DNA of 61,914 bases, filler included, from 7 parts of 7 records of this genome joined end to end with filler, not necessarily neighbours in it, one strand, 5' to 3'. Shown: positions 40,902 through 52,712, counted from the whole stretch's first letter. Numbers and translations: made by a program. Notes: a model not told the origin generated them from the letters alone.

Positions 40902-42955
40902 TCAGCTTTTGATTACCGTACGTATATGTTTCCAGAACAAGCGCAGCCTCAGCAGCGGCATGAAGCGCAAAGCGGCAGGGCTGTAATCCCAGAGCGATTT
41001 CTCGCCGCTCACTTTCTGTTTCAGCGGTTTACCGGTTCCATGAAAATCATCGAGATGGGATTTGTGACGGATCGTCATGATCTCCGAAGTTTTCGGAAAC
41101 GCCAGCTTAGCAGTCAACACGTAATGAAACCAGGGTCGATAGTCCTCAATCGTATATCCGAGCAGGGCCGACGCGGTCGCATACCCTTCAGCCGCGTCAT
41201 ACATCCCCTGCTGCAGCGGCTGATAATATTCGTCCTGCGCCTTCTCCGCTCTGCCCGTTGCATCATCTGTCTGCCGGAACCTGAGTCGGTACCCGTCCTC
41301 TGTCAGCTCGTAGCCGTCCAGCGTGGGGTGGGGAGCGCGGCAGGCTTCTTCGAAGACGTCGCGAGCGTAGAGCATGGTGCTTGCCGACAGATCGAATCTG
41401 TTGCGGTCATACAAGCCCCCCTGAGGCTGCATTTGAGGTCTTCCGGAAACGGGATCCCTCTGGTTGCACCGAAAACGTACCCGTGAAGTCTCGGGCACTC
41501 TCCCCGATGCTTGATACTGTTGTACAAAAAACGCTGAATTGTACCCAGCCAGCCGATATCGACGACGCCGACCTGTTCCTGTTCAAAGAAACCAAGCTCA
41601 GTAAGATAGAGGTTCAACGCCCGATTGGCCTCCGCAGTCTGGTCCTTTATCTCGGCCTGGAAGGCGGTATCTTCGAGCATTTCCATGAAATGAACGCTGT
41701 TTCTCTGCTCGTACCCCTCGTGATTCGGTGAGAGACAGGTATCACCGTCAATTTTGTATTGGCGAAAATAGGGGGTAAGCCGGTCGAGATCAAGCTTGAA
41801 AATTCGGGCGATATCCCGAAAGTTTTTGTTTCCCGGAGGAAGTAGTGCAATGGATGCACTTGTCCGGGTGAGCCCTTCGTGAGCACAGCTCGCACCGGCC
41901 AGGGCCATTCGGCTCACATAAAGATACTCGACATCCGGCAGGTCTCCATCAGGAAACAGGATCGGCATGGAGCGCTCCCAGATGTTCTTGAACGTGTACC
42001 CTTCCCGGGAAAAAAAGAACAACTTCGTGATACCGAGTCGACGGCTCTCCTCTGCGATGTGCTGGACAAATGCGGCAATCATCGGTCCGACAAAGTTGTA
42101 CCCCTCTCTATAGAGCGGGTCGACCGGCCGGTCTTCACTCTCGAGCGGCAGCATCAATTGTTGCAGCGCCCTGCCCCGGTAAAAGGGCGCTCCCTTGCCA
42201 TAGTTGTAGTAGCGCTTGATCACCCCCTTGCGGAACTTTTCCTCACCGTCCTTGAGCACCAGGGTGTCAACTCCGAACTCATCCGGTCGCAGCCCGTCAG
42301 AGATCGGATTGTCCCCAACATGGAGCCACGATTCCCGATCGAGGCCAAACTGCTCCTGCAGCATCGGAAAGGCCCTTCCGGAAGCCTTGGCCAAAAACGT
42401 ATCTGCAGAAGAGACCACATCTTCAACATGTTCGAGAATGGAACTGCGCTTGAGCAGCACTCTCAGGTGTTCGGCGGGCAGGTATACATCAGAAACGACG
42501 AAAGTCCGTTTACCCTGCTGTTTCAGTTCCCGGAGCCAGTCAATGAGCCGGGTGCGCGGGACGAGCACCCGGCTCTCCATCTCCAGTTCATATTCGGTGA
42601 CCCTGTCCAGCAGTTCCGGTTGATAGCGCGTCTCAAAAATCGTATTCAGAGTCCGTTCCATGAACACGGGATAGCAGGCTTCATGGTCATCGAACGACCT
42701 GCCGGTTTCGTCACGCTGGTCCTGCTCGATCCGGTCCCTGATTCTCTGGACCGCCTGCCAGCCGATGGATATTCCCTCCAGCTTCGCAAGGCCGGATATA
42801 TATCTCGCTACGGGGAGCTTGACAACGTCGGGGTCGTGGATTCTCCTGATCAGCAGCGTGTCGAACATATCGAAGGTAACGACGTCATAGCTGCCGGCGC
42901 TTCTCTTCCCGTGTGCAACAAGTGAGTCCAGTGAATAAAAGATATGCTGGGTCAT
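40902..42955 (-). CDS. HAD-superfamily hydrolase of polysaccharide loci (frameshift near 41420)
   Basis: FDMFDTL, HVGDN, SREG, VDIGWLGTIQ; C-terminus in ORF 40902-41498. Confidence 0.8.
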
Positions 42956-42964
42956 GGTTGCTGC

Positions 42965-43893
42965 CTACCGGCGATGTCGCCCACTGAATTTTTTATTGAA
43001 CCAGGTTTTCAACGCCTCTCCCAGGTTTTTCACGGCCGGTCGCACCCCGGTCGGCTCCTGCGGCTGAAGTTGCCGACGTACCTCGTTCAGTTCGCGCTGC
43101 AGATCGACCAGCCTGTTGCTGCCCGTCTTCACCCGAGCCCGGAATTGTTCCGGTACGGCTCTCAGCATGTATTTCTCGATCAACGCCATATCCTGCTCTC
43201 TGCCGGTAATGGCAGCCTCGCCGAGCGTATTGCCGCTGTGGATTCGATATGAGAGCAGCTTCTCGTCATGCAGATATCCAACCCGGTCATTGTACTCTTC
43301 TACCATACGAAAAATAAAATCATAATCGTGCAGGTACCTGAGCGAGCAGAATGTGCCGATCTTTCGCGCGGCCTCTGCAGTCATGAAAAGATTAGACGTC
43401 GTGACCATGAAATTTCCGTGCAGGAACGCCGTGTAGAGATCCCCGCAGCCGAAATAGAAGTCACGATTACCCTGATGCCATACATTCCAGCCGAACTTCG
43501 GGTCGGTGAATTCACCATTTGCATCATCGATTGCGATCACATCACTGATCGCGCACACCTTGTCGTTCTCGCGACAATATGCGGCCATCTTTTCAAGGCG
43601 CTGCCGATGAAAATGTCATCGGAGTTGAGAACCGCAATATAACGGCCCTCGGCAAGTGAGATACCTCGATTGAGCGTATTGAACGCATCCTGGTTTTCCT
43701 GGTAATAATAGCGTATGCGCGGATCCTGATACCCTTTTACAACATCTTCAGTTCCATCGGTCGATCCATCGTTTACCACGATTATCTCGAAATCCTGTAG
43801 CGTCTGATCGAGCACACTCTGCAGCGTATACCCGATGAATTTCTCGTGGTTATAGGCAGGGATAACAACTGATACAAGTGGCTTTGTCATCAC
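42965..43893 (-). CDS. GT2 glycosyltransferase (frameshift near 43610)
   Basis: VSVVIPAYNHE, LNSDD, then HDYDF and YRIH in a second frame. Confidence 0.82.
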
Positions 43894-44036
43894 TCTCTGT
43901 TTTTCTGAACTCTTTTCTAAACTCTTAAGGGTGTCTTGAATAATTCAGAGTTTGGGCCAGAAGACAATTATTCACGGTTCCCCCAGGTTAATATAAACGC
44001 AACCAGTGTCCCGATGGAGACGCTGGAGTTACTAAT

Positions 44037-46456
44037 TTAGATTGCCCGTTCCGTCAAGGGCTCTTTGCAGTCGGCGCCGGTGAGCCAGCGATAAAACCGT
44101 TCACGCTCATAACCCTTCTCTGTAATCCGTCCGCTGTTGTAAAAACACTCGAACCGCAGCAATAGTTCGCTATGTCGCGACTGGAAAAATTCTACTTCCT
44201 TCTGTGCCTCATTGCCGGGGACCAGGCGATGGCCGGGATAGTCGCGCACCGTTGCCACGGCATCAGGTGTATAGAGAATCCTGTAGCCGGCGGCGACTAT
44301 ACGATAGCTCAGCTCCACTATCGGCAGCAGTGAGGGGAAGCGATGAAAATCGATTCCCCGACCCGGTCGATTACGCTCCGTGAAATCAGGCAGATACTTC
44401 CGTCGCACGCGTTTACCCACTGCAGGTTGTGGAGTCCCTGGGCATGTCTCGATGCGGAAACGATGAAATCAGTATAATAGATCGCATCTTCACACGCCAG
44501 ATCGGCCTCGGCGAACGAGGGGCCGTCAGTTCCGTCATAGCTGACTCTGCCGCAGACGATGCCGATTTGTTCATCAAGCCGTCTTTTCGTTACGAGTTCG
44601 TGCAACCACAGTGAGTTGACGGTGGTGAATTCATGGGCGAGTACAGCGATATACTCGTCTTCAATTGTCGCCATCCTGTCTTGTAGGAGCCTGGCATCCT
44701 CAGTGGCATGCGCCCCCGGGAAATCTGGTGACGTTTCGGTGTTGTCGTTCTGAGCGTGACCGATAGCATGAAATGATGCGTGCGGATAGTCTGTCGCCTC
44801 TGAAATCCGGTCCAGGGCTTCCCGATGGACAAACACGGAGACAGACGGCAAGGAGGTTTCGGTCAACGCTATCCGGTAATGGAAGTTGACTGGGCCGTCA
44901 TGAACTGTTGCAGCGATGAGCTGTCGTTGAAGAGACTCTTCCAGCGCCTGTTTTCCAGCCTCATGCGCATATGGCTTCTGCCCATGCGCGATACTTGTGG
45001 AAGTCTCCACCGCCCGCCAGTGATAGAGCACTTCCGGAATGTGATATATCGTTTCTCCGCTGTCTGCCAGCGTGAGAATCAGATCGTAGTCCTGCGCCCC
45101 GTCGACCTCCCGGGAAACACCTCCAACTTCAAGCAGCAGCGGCCGGGACACCACGACGAAATGAGTAATATAATTATGAGAATAGAGAAGCGCCCGGTTG
45201 AAATCTGGCTTGTAAAACGTGCTATGGTGGGAGCCGTCGTCACCGACCAGGTCTTCATCGCTGTAAAAAACCTTTCCGCCGGTGGTGTGTATCTCCTGTA
45301 CAAAACGGTGGAGACAATCGGTTGCAAGCTCGTCATCATTATCGAGAAAACCGACGAAATCACCGGACGCGGCATCGACCCCGACCTGCGTTGCTCCGGC
45401 TATTCCCTGGTTTTGATCGTTGAAAAGGCAGGTTATGCGGGAGTCGGTGGCGGACCAGGTTCGAAGTTCATCCCTAATTGACTCATGTTCACTGCAGTCG
45501 TCAACGAGGACGAGTTCCCACCAGGGATAACTCTGATACAGAACAGACCTGATGCAGTTTCTCAAATAGCGGGGATCGGGATTATACACCGGGACAATCA
45601 CGGAGATTACCGGTTTATTCACCAGCGAATCGACGTTTTTATTTATCACCGCTTCCCGGTGTACGCCGACAGTCAGGTAATGCAGCAGCGAAGATTCGCG
45701 ATCCCCGGCACCCCGGTGTCGTGTTGAGTAAAAGGCGGAGTCAAATGTACTGCTGGCTGCTAATCCGGCAGCCTCACCGGTGCACAGATAATGAAGGAAC
45801 GGATCGTTTTTCGCGTTATCTTCGTCGGCGAGGCTATCCAGGTAGACACTCGGACTGAATACAGGTACCGGGCTCTTCCCGCCGAATGCGCCGTGGAGTT
45901 TATAATGTTTGACGGCATTGCTTCGCACGCCTTCCGGGTAGGGAGACTGATCCATGTACCAGTCCGTGTCGAAAGAACCCGCAGGGCTGATTCCCGCAGG
46001 CAGCCCATGATGGATGCAGTGGCTCAGCGGGTCGCCGTCAGCCGGTCCCCACCTGCTCACACCCGCATAGTGATCGGCATCAAAAAATGGGCCCGGCTGC
46101 AGTCCTTGCTCCCAGCCGCTCAGCAGATAATGAGCAAGAGGATTTCTTGAGCCGACCTCTTCTCGATACCGGGACAGATAGTGCCAGGTATCGAAGAGCG
46201 GGTGCGGGTCTAAGAGCTGCCGCCAGCCGCCTGACCACAGCTTACCGTCTGTCAGCTCTTTTCTCGACAGGACGAAGTATGCCCACAGGGGATCCTCGAA
46301 ACCACCATAGTCTTCGTGCAGCTCCGGGCGGAGTTTCAGCAGCAGTCGTTCAAAATAATCGGAATCGAAAACATGGCGAATGCGTATCTTCCGATAGTCC
46401 CGATAATCGGTGCTGATCAAGTATTTAAATAGCAAAGACAATCGTTTCATACGCAA
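44037..46456 (-). CDS. Large GT2 glycosyltransferase with N-terminal FDxxxY/PLxHYLxxG repeats (frameshift near 44365)
   Basis: About five 36-aa repeats, ISVIVPVYN, FLDNDD, GAQDYD, LYHWR. Confidence 0.82.
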
Positions 46457-46767
46457 TCAACACCCATTAATCTGCAGCCGGCCCCGCCGTACATGCACCG
46501 GACTATCTCGACCGGAACCACGGAAAAGAGGTCCGGCGTTTACCCCTTGCTTTCCGCGCTCCAGGTGTTGGATGACTTCCTGGAGCGCTTCATCTCCGAA
46601 GCTGACGTAGGTGCAGGTAATAACGACCCCGGTTGTCATCAGGAGTTGCTCCGCACTGATCGGAAGAAAGAACTGGGGATCGTGTGTCGAAAATATAAAT
46701 AGATGCTCACGTCTGATCGCGGCATTGGACGTTATCGAATCGAGATCTACATGCACATTCCCCCCCC
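46457..46767 (-). CDS. Hypothetical protein C-terminus (5' truncated)
   Basis: Open to the contig edge; stop abuts the next ATG. Confidence 0.5.
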
Positions 46768-46867
46768 NNNNNNNNNNNNNNNNNNNNNNNNNNNNNNNNN
46801 NNNNNNNNNNNTTAATTAATTAANNNNNNNNNNNNNNNNNNNNNNNNNNNNNNNNNNNNNNNNNNNN
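46768..46867. other. Artificial contig spacer
   Basis: N-TTAATTAATTAA-N. Confidence 0.97.
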
Positions 46868-46868
46868 G

Positions 46869-47363
46869 GTGGTCATGGTCACCATTCCCTTTGCCTTTAT
46901 CGGGGTGGTCTGGGGCCATCTTTTCATGGGTATTGAGATCGCCATGCCCTCCATCATGGGGTTCATTTCCCTGGCCGGCATCGTGGTCAATGATTCCATT
47001 CTTCTGGTCAGTTTTGTCAAGCAGCACACCGCCATGGGTCAAAGCGTGGTTCAGGCCGGAAAACTGGCCTCACGGGAACGGTTCAGGGCCGTGGCCCTCA
47101 CCTCCATCACCACCATTGCAGGGCTGTTGCCCCTGCTGTCAGAACGCTCCCTTCAGGCCCAGATCCTCATCCCCCTGGCCTGTTCCATTGTGTTCGGGCT
47201 CATGGCCTCCACCGTTCTGGTCCTGGTGGTGGTGCCCAGCCTCTACGCCATTCTCGGGGATTTTAACCTGGTCCGTGTGGAAAAGGCACAGGAAGGGGCA
47301 GGGGCTAAATCAGATCAGCCCCTGGTGTTTGTGCCGGACAATGCCGATGCCGGGGATCGGTGA
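46869..47363 (+). CDS. RND efflux permease C-terminus (5' truncated)
   Basis: GIVVNDSILLV, RFRAVALTSITTIAGLLPL. Confidence 0.9.
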   Translation: MVMVTIPFAFIGVVWGHLFMGIEIAMPSIMGFISLAGIVVNDSILLVSFVKQHTAMGQSVVQAGKLASRERFRAVALTSITTIAGLLPLLSERSLQAQILIPLACSIVFGLMASTVLVLVVVPSLYAILGDFNLVRVEKAQEGAGAKSDQPLVFVPDNADAGDR

Positions 47364-48241
47364 AATTGATTTTTGGCAATGACCATCATGCCTGAAAAGA
47401 TCAGAACCATGCCCGTCCCGGAATAGAAGGTGACGGGCTCCCCCAGGATACAGATACCCAAAAGCGCCCCCACCAGGGGTTCCAAAAGCATGAGTACCGA
47501 TGCCGGGGCCACAGGCACCGCAGTCAGGCCCCGGGTCAGTAAAAAATAACTCAAGGCCGTGGCAAAGAGTCCCATATATCCCAGGGTGAGGCCCACCCTG
47601 GGGGAAACCAGGGCGGTAAGGTCGGCGAACCAGACAAAGGGGACCATGATCACCGCTCCAAAGGTCAGAATCAGCCCCACGGCTTTTGCCGGGGCCATGA
47701 TCCGGACCAGTCCCCGGCCGGCCACCACATAGATCGCATACCCGGACCCTGAGGCCAGGGCCAGGAGAATTCCGGCCCCGTCCATCTCAACGCCCCGGCC
47801 GGAGACGGCCAGAAACGCGCATCCTGCCAGGGCCAGGGCCGTTGCCAGACCCCATGCCCTGTCCAGGCGTTCCTTAAAGCAGACAGCCCCGAGAATACCC
47901 ACCATCACCGGCCCGCTGCCCACCGCAACCAGGGTGCCTGTGGCCACCCCGGTTCTGGCTAAGGCTTCAAAAAAGGTGAACTGGAAGATGACCACCCCCA
48001 GGCTGGCTCCCAGGACCATGGCGTACCCGGACAGGTGGCCGGGCCCCCTGTGCCGTGGGCCGAAAATCAGGGCTGCGGCAAGAAGCACCGGTCCCCCGAT
48101 GATGAGACGGAAGGCGCCGATGATCCAGGGTGCCACTTCCACGGCCCCCAGCATCTGGGCAGTGCCCGTGGTGCCGAAGAGCAGGGCGGCGCATATAATC
48201 AGAATATACCCCTTAAGGGGGAGATCTGGGACATATTTCAT
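47315..48241 (-). CDS. EamA/DMT family transporter
   Basis: About ten TM helices, LFGTTG, LLEPLVG. Confidence 0.88.
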   Translation of the reverse strand: MKYVPDLPLKGYILIICAALLFGTTGTAQMLGAVEVAPWIIGAFRLIIGGPVLLAAALIFGPRHRGPGHLSGYAMVLGASLGVVIFQFTFFEALARTGVATGTLVAVGSGPVMVGILGAVCFKERLDRAWGLATALALAGCAFLAVSGRGVEMDGAGILLALASGSGYAIYVVAGRGLVRIMAPAKAVGLILTFGAVIMVPFVWFADLTALVSPRVGLTLGYMGLFATALSYFLLTRGLTAVPVAPASVLMLLEPLVGALLGICILGEPVTFYSGTGMVLIFSGMMVIAKNQFHRSPASALSGTNTRG

Positions 48242-48368
48242 CCTGTTAAAGGGTTCGATCTTCTCTTACCATGATCCTCGTCCGGATCCAAAGGATTTTC
48301 ATGGTTTGGGGTGTCACCTTCTATCTTCAAGGTTGTTTTGACCCTTGAATATAAGGTAAACCGAAACC

Positions 48369-48392
48369 AAAGAAAAGGGGCACCACTGCCCC
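48369..48392 (-). terminator. Intrinsic terminator after the TonB receptor operon
   Basis: GGGGCA-loop-TGCCCC followed by TTTTCTTT on the minus strand. Confidence 0.6.
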
Positions 48393-48466
48393 CTCTCCTT
48401 TAAAGCTTTTACCCCGGACCATCCAGGGCAAAATCAGGTTATCACAGATCCTAAAAAAAATGAGGA

Positions 48467-49219
48467 TCAGTTTCTACCCGAGACCGGCCACTTTATTATC
48501 AGGGTGGTTCCGTGCATGATACCTTTATAGGCCTTGTTTTCAAAGACCCCGGCTGCTTCATTTTCAAAGGCCAGGGCACTGAAATGGTATCGCCCCGGAT
48601 TTCCTGGTAAAAAAAAGACCTCGCCTTTGTTATTCGTTTTCAGCACCTCTTCCTTACCGTTGTTTTTAACCAGTGATATTGTGGTTCTCGGCAAGGGCGT
48701 AGAAAAATAAATGACTTGCAGGAGAAGCCCCCCATCTTTGAGGGTCGGAATAATCTGAAAGGGAATATCGGAAGACTTGGACAGGTTTACCAGGTTTTTG
48801 GAATCAACCGCGTCAATATATTTTCCATGGAAAAAATCAAGCCTTCCATGATAGATGCCGTATAGGCTTGTGTGGTGCAGGGCATATCCCCGGCCAGGGT
48901 AGCCGGCTTTGCCTTCGAGATACTTTGTGTCTCCTTTTTTGGTCATGGCCAGGTCCACTGATTCAGTTTTTCCATCAGGAGTGAGGAGCCAGGTTTTGCC
49001 CCGACTCTGGATGGGGCCGAGGTAGGCGCCGTCACCAGGTCCCACAAAGTGTTCAAAGTAAAGGTGGACATCATTTCCCCCGTTTTTCAATGCATCCCCA
49101 ACGATCCAGAGATTATGAGCCGACACTGAAGGGATAGAAAAAAAGAGGATCACAAAAAACAGGCAAGGGTACAGACCTTTTGTTCGACGTACCAGGGGAG
49201 ATGTTTTTATAAAATTCAT
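48467..49219 (-). CDS. DUF4198-like periplasmic (Ni/Co uptake-associated) protein
   Basis: Signal peptide ending VSA then HNLW; C-terminal TNNKGEV...PGRYHF beta-sandwich. Confidence 0.6.
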   Translation of the reverse strand: MNFIKTSPLVRRTKGLYPCLFFVILFFSIPSVSAHNLWIVGDALKNGGNDVHLYFEHFVGPGDGAYLGPIQSRGKTWLLTPDGKTESVDLAMTKKGDTKYLEGKAGYPGRGYALHHTSLYGIYHGRLDFFHGKYIDAVDSKNLVNLSKSSDIPFQIIPTLKDGGLLLQVIYFSTPLPRTTISLVKNNGKEEVLKTNNKGEVFFLPGNPGRYHFSALAFENEAAGVFENKAYKGIMHGTTLIIKWPVSGRN

Positions 49220-49257
49220 TGTGTATTTTTCCTTTTTGATTGTGTCATGACCGGTGA

Positions 49258-51249
49258 TCAGAAACTCGCTTCAATACCTACAAGAATGCGGCGACCGTAT
49301 ACCGGTTTAAGTGATTCGCTGCCGGGAGATCCGGATCCGTACACCACTGCGGGCTCGTCGGTCAGGTTGGAGGCGGAGATGAAGAACGACATTTCCGGCT
49401 TGAACATTTTGAGAGGGAGTTTATAATCGGCCCCGAAAATCCAATAGTCATCCCCTTCCAAGGTGTTTTCCTTGTTAAAATAGCGTTCTCCAAGATAGTC
49501 AGCAGTGAAGACTATGCGTCCAAAAACCGGATGGAAGAAGCCGGTTTTTAAGCCCAGCATCTGCTCGGGTACATTGGGAAGCTTTTTGCCATCCAGACTG
49601 ATTCCCTTGTCCGTAAAATTTTTGTATTCGGATTTCTGAAAAGTATAGTTCACGTCAGCAAAAATGCCTGATTCGTGGGAAAATCCCAGCGTACCCTCAA
49701 GCCCTTTGGCTTCAGTTTCACCCGCATTGGTGTAGGGATCATTCGGATTCGGGCCAGTCTTAAGCCATTTGTTGTCATATCTGTTTACGAAGGAGGCAAG
49801 ACTGTAGGAAAACCATTGGTTAAGATTTCCCCGGGCTCCGATTTCAAATGAGGAGACCTTCTCTGGGTCCAGATCCGCTGAATAGGATGCTCCTGGAATC
49901 CTTGCAGGGCTTTTGAATCCGCTGTTGTAACCGGCAAAGAAATTCAGAGCCGGATTAACCGAAAACGTAGCACCAATCTTGGGGCTGATAGCGCTGCCGG
50001 ATTGTGCTGCATTGTTGGATGCTTTTACCCGGCCAGTTTGATTCTGTTCGTATGAGTCGAAGCGGGTCCCGAAGGTCAGGGTCAGGTTGTTGGTAACCGA
50101 CAACTCGTCCACGAAATAAAAGGCAAGGGATTCATCTTCTCTTAAAGTGTCCTTGATTTTCATTTGGCGTATTTTGCTGGCAACGGTCCAAAGTTGGGTG
50201 GTCAATTCATGCTTGCGGTATTCTGCTCCTAAAAGAATGGCGTTTTTCATGCCGGCCACCTGATGCCGCAGGGTATAGTTGACGACAGGAAAGAACTCCC
50301 ATTCATCGAATTCAAAGTCCAGGCCAAAGTTCATAGTCACCCACTCATCCTTGCCGGTCATTTTTAAAACCAGGGTGTCGTCTCCAATTTCCTTTCTATA
50401 CACCAGGGCGGCAAGGTCGTAATCATTTTCAAAGGGATTCTCAATGCCTGGACTCTGCTTAGGATCGGCATTGAAGGCTTCACGGGTGAGGGATTTAGGC
50501 CAGGCTCCTTTGGAATCCATGTGGGAACCGTGGAATTCCATTAATGTGGTTTCATCAATATTGTAGGCAATTCTTGTATAAAAGTTGGACGGATCATAAT
50601 AGCTTCCATCTTGATAACCGTCACCCCTGGAAAAGGAAAGGTCTGCGAAGTACTCCCATTTTTCGTTGCTGCCGTTTATCACAGCATAGTAGTTATTATA
50701 ACTGAAATCCCCGAATGTCATGCCAACCTTGGCTTCAATCGGCTTATTTGCAATGCGCGTAATGACATTGATAACGCCTCCCACTGCCTGGTCGCCGTAC
50801 TCCGCCGATGGGGTTTTGATGACTTCGATTCTTTCCACGTCATTGAGCGGGATTCGGGTCGGAACGGTGTAGCCGTTACCCTTGTTAAACTCAATGCCGT
50901 TGACAAGAAAACGGAGCCCCCAGGTGGTTGGTTCCGATCCCCTGGTGCTGTAAACACCGTCATTGGCCACACCCGATTGAAATTGAGGCACATAAAGGCC
51001 CGGTACCTGCCGAATAAGTTCATTAATGCTGGTGCCCGCAGGCATCTTTTCTATCTCTTCCCGGGTAATGATTTTAATGTGAGAAGGGGTTTTGGCAACA
51101 CTTGTTTCAAATTTGGCCCCAGAAACGATAATTTCTTCAAGCTGGTGGACATCAGACTTTTCTCCCCATACCGGTCCTGTGATAACAAGCAGAACAAAAA
51201 GCACCCCGATAAAAAGGCTGGGTGCCGTTGTGATTTTATTTTTTTTCAA
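49258..51249 (-). CDS. TonB-dependent receptor
   Basis: TonB box LEEIIVSG, plug motif VERIEVIK...GGVINVIT, C-terminal Phe. Confidence 0.93.
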   Translation of the reverse strand: MKKNKITTAPSLFIGVLFVLLVITGPVWGEKSDVHQLEEIIVSGAKFETSVAKTPSHIKIITREEIEKMPAGTSINELIRQVPGLYVPQFQSGVANDGVYSTRGSEPTTWGLRFLVNGIEFNKGNGYTVPTRIPLNDVERIEVIKTPSAEYGDQAVGGVINVITRIANKPIEAKVGMTFGDFSYNNYYAVINGSNEKWEYFADLSFSRGDGYQDGSYYDPSNFYTRIAYNIDETTLMEFHGSHMDSKGAWPKSLTREAFNADPKQSPGIENPFENDYDLAALVYRKEIGDDTLVLKMTGKDEWVTMNFGLDFEFDEWEFFPVVNYTLRHQVAGMKNAILLGAEYRKHELTTQLWTVASKIRQMKIKDTLREDESLAFYFVDELSVTNNLTLTFGTRFDSYEQNQTGRVKASNNAAQSGSAISPKIGATFSVNPALNFFAGYNSGFKSPARIPGASYSADLDPEKVSSFEIGARGNLNQWFSYSLASFVNRYDNKWLKTGPNPNDPYTNAGETEAKGLEGTLGFSHESGIFADVNYTFQKSEYKNFTDKGISLDGKKLPNVPEQMLGLKTGFFHPVFGRIVFTADYLGERYFNKENTLEGDDYWIFGADYKLPLKMFKPEMSFFISASNLTDEPAVVYGSGSPGSESLKPVYGRRILVGIEASF

Positions 51250-51517
51250 CTCTTTTTCCTCCTGTTTATAAGCGCCATGTCAGCGTTATTCCCCTTAGGC
51301 GCATGAATCCCCTATGCCCTCACATACAGCACTTCAGGCCGCGAGGTCGGTTAAAATAAAAAAACGATCGAATTGACGAGGAAAAGATGGGATGGTATCC
51401 TATTTACTTTAGGCATCCCCTCTTTTCGGGACTGCTTAACTCGGAGGGCGGCGTCTTACCTTGCCCGGTCTGCGCCGCCTTCCCCCTTTTTTTATCCTCC
51501 TTTCGGATTCTGCCCAT

Positions 51518-51570
51518 AAAAAAAGCCACGAATGTGTACTCCCTCACATGGAAGTAACGACCTTCGTGGC
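51518..51570 (-). terminator. Leader terminator enclosing a NikR-like palindrome
   Basis: GCCACGAA/TTCGTGGC stem with U7 tail on the minus strand; loop contains TGTGTAC-N14-GTAACGA. Confidence 0.6.
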
Positions 51571-51663
51571 CTTGGATTTAAGCTATACAGATTTTTACGT
51601 TAGCGGTGTTTTTCCACACCGGATTATTTTCCACACACGGCTTCAACCGTAAATTAAGGGTTT

Positions 51664-51692
51664 TCATTACGGAAGATGACTATAAATGTCAA
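51664..51692 (-). promoter_or_regulatory. Putative sigma70 promoter for the TonB receptor leader
   Basis: TTGACA (minus strand, 51692-51687) with a weak TAAT-containing -10. Confidence 0.4.
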
Positions 51693-51916
51693 GTCTTTTC
51701 CCTAAATCATCAGGGTTCACGCAGGTAAACAATCTGATGTCCCTATAGTATTCCCACCTTTGTGATGAAATGATGGTTTGATTGGCTACAGCTTATGAAA
51801 TCGATAAATTGGTGGTCTAAATAAACTCACCGTGGATGGTTCCAGAGGTGTCAATTCATTGGCACCCATGCTATTATATTCAGAATAAACGGCCACCCCC
51901 TTTTTCGGAACAGCCT

Positions 51917-52696
51917 ATGGGCATTAAAATCATATTTCACAAGCGCTATTTAAATTCCCAATACGCCTATGATCCAGCGGCTGCTGAGGGGCGCCTGGAC
52001 GGCATCATGGGCGTGGTAAACGAAAATCCGGAATTCTATGAGATCATGGCCCCGGCCCCGGCCGGTGAGGCGGATATCCTCAGGGCCCATACCCGGGCGC
52101 ACCTTGGGCGGATCCGGAAAAATCCCCTCCGGTATGAACTGGCTGCCCTGGCCGCAGGGGGCGCCGTCATGGCGGCTGAAGCGGCCTTTGAGGGGGCGCC
52201 TTCCTTTGCGGTGATCCGGCCTCCGGGCCACCATGCCTCAGCGGACGCCTGCTGGGGGTTTTGTCATTTTAACAATATGGCCATCAGCCTGCTCAAACTC
52301 TTTGGGAAAAAAAAGATCCAAAAGGCCTTTGTCCTGGATTTTGACCTTCATACCGGGGACGGAAATATCAATATACTTGAGAATCGAAAGGACGGCTTTG
52401 GGGTTTCCATACTTAATCCGGCCTCAACCGAAAGATGGGACTATCTTCAGGAAGTCGAGGATTATATGAAAGAGATGGACCATGTCGATATTTTCGCGGC
52501 ATCAGCCGGTTTTGACCAGGGAATCCAGGACTGGGGCAAACTTTTATACCCGGAGGATTACAATGCACTCGGACAGCTGATGAAAACCTATGCCAAGAAG
52601 ATATGCAGTGGTAAAAGATTTGCCATCCTTGAAGGGGGATATAACCACCAGGTGATGGGCCTGAACATGGATGCCTTCTGCCGGGGATTCGCCTGA
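51917..52696 (+). CDS. Histone deacetylase family (acetylpolyamine/acetoin-type) protein
   Basis: RPPGHH, GFC, DFDLHTGDG, SAGFD, EGGY. Confidence 0.9.
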   Translation: MGIKIIFHKRYLNSQYAYDPAAAEGRLDGIMGVVNENPEFYEIMAPAPAGEADILRAHTRAHLGRIRKNPLRYELAALAAGGAVMAAEAAFEGAPSFAVIRPPGHHASADACWGFCHFNNMAISLLKLFGKKKIQKAFVLDFDLHTGDGNINILENRKDGFGVSILNPASTERWDYLQEVEDYMKEMDHVDIFAASAGFDQGIQDWGKLLYPEDYNALGQLMKTYAKKICSGKRFAILEGGYNHQVMGLNMDAFCRGFA

Positions 52697-52712
52697 TCCG
52701 GGTGGCGCTTTT

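Noticed and set aside
51250-51660. Cobalamin riboswitch upstream of the TonB receptor
   Set aside because: No recognisable GGGAA core or B12 box on the minus strand
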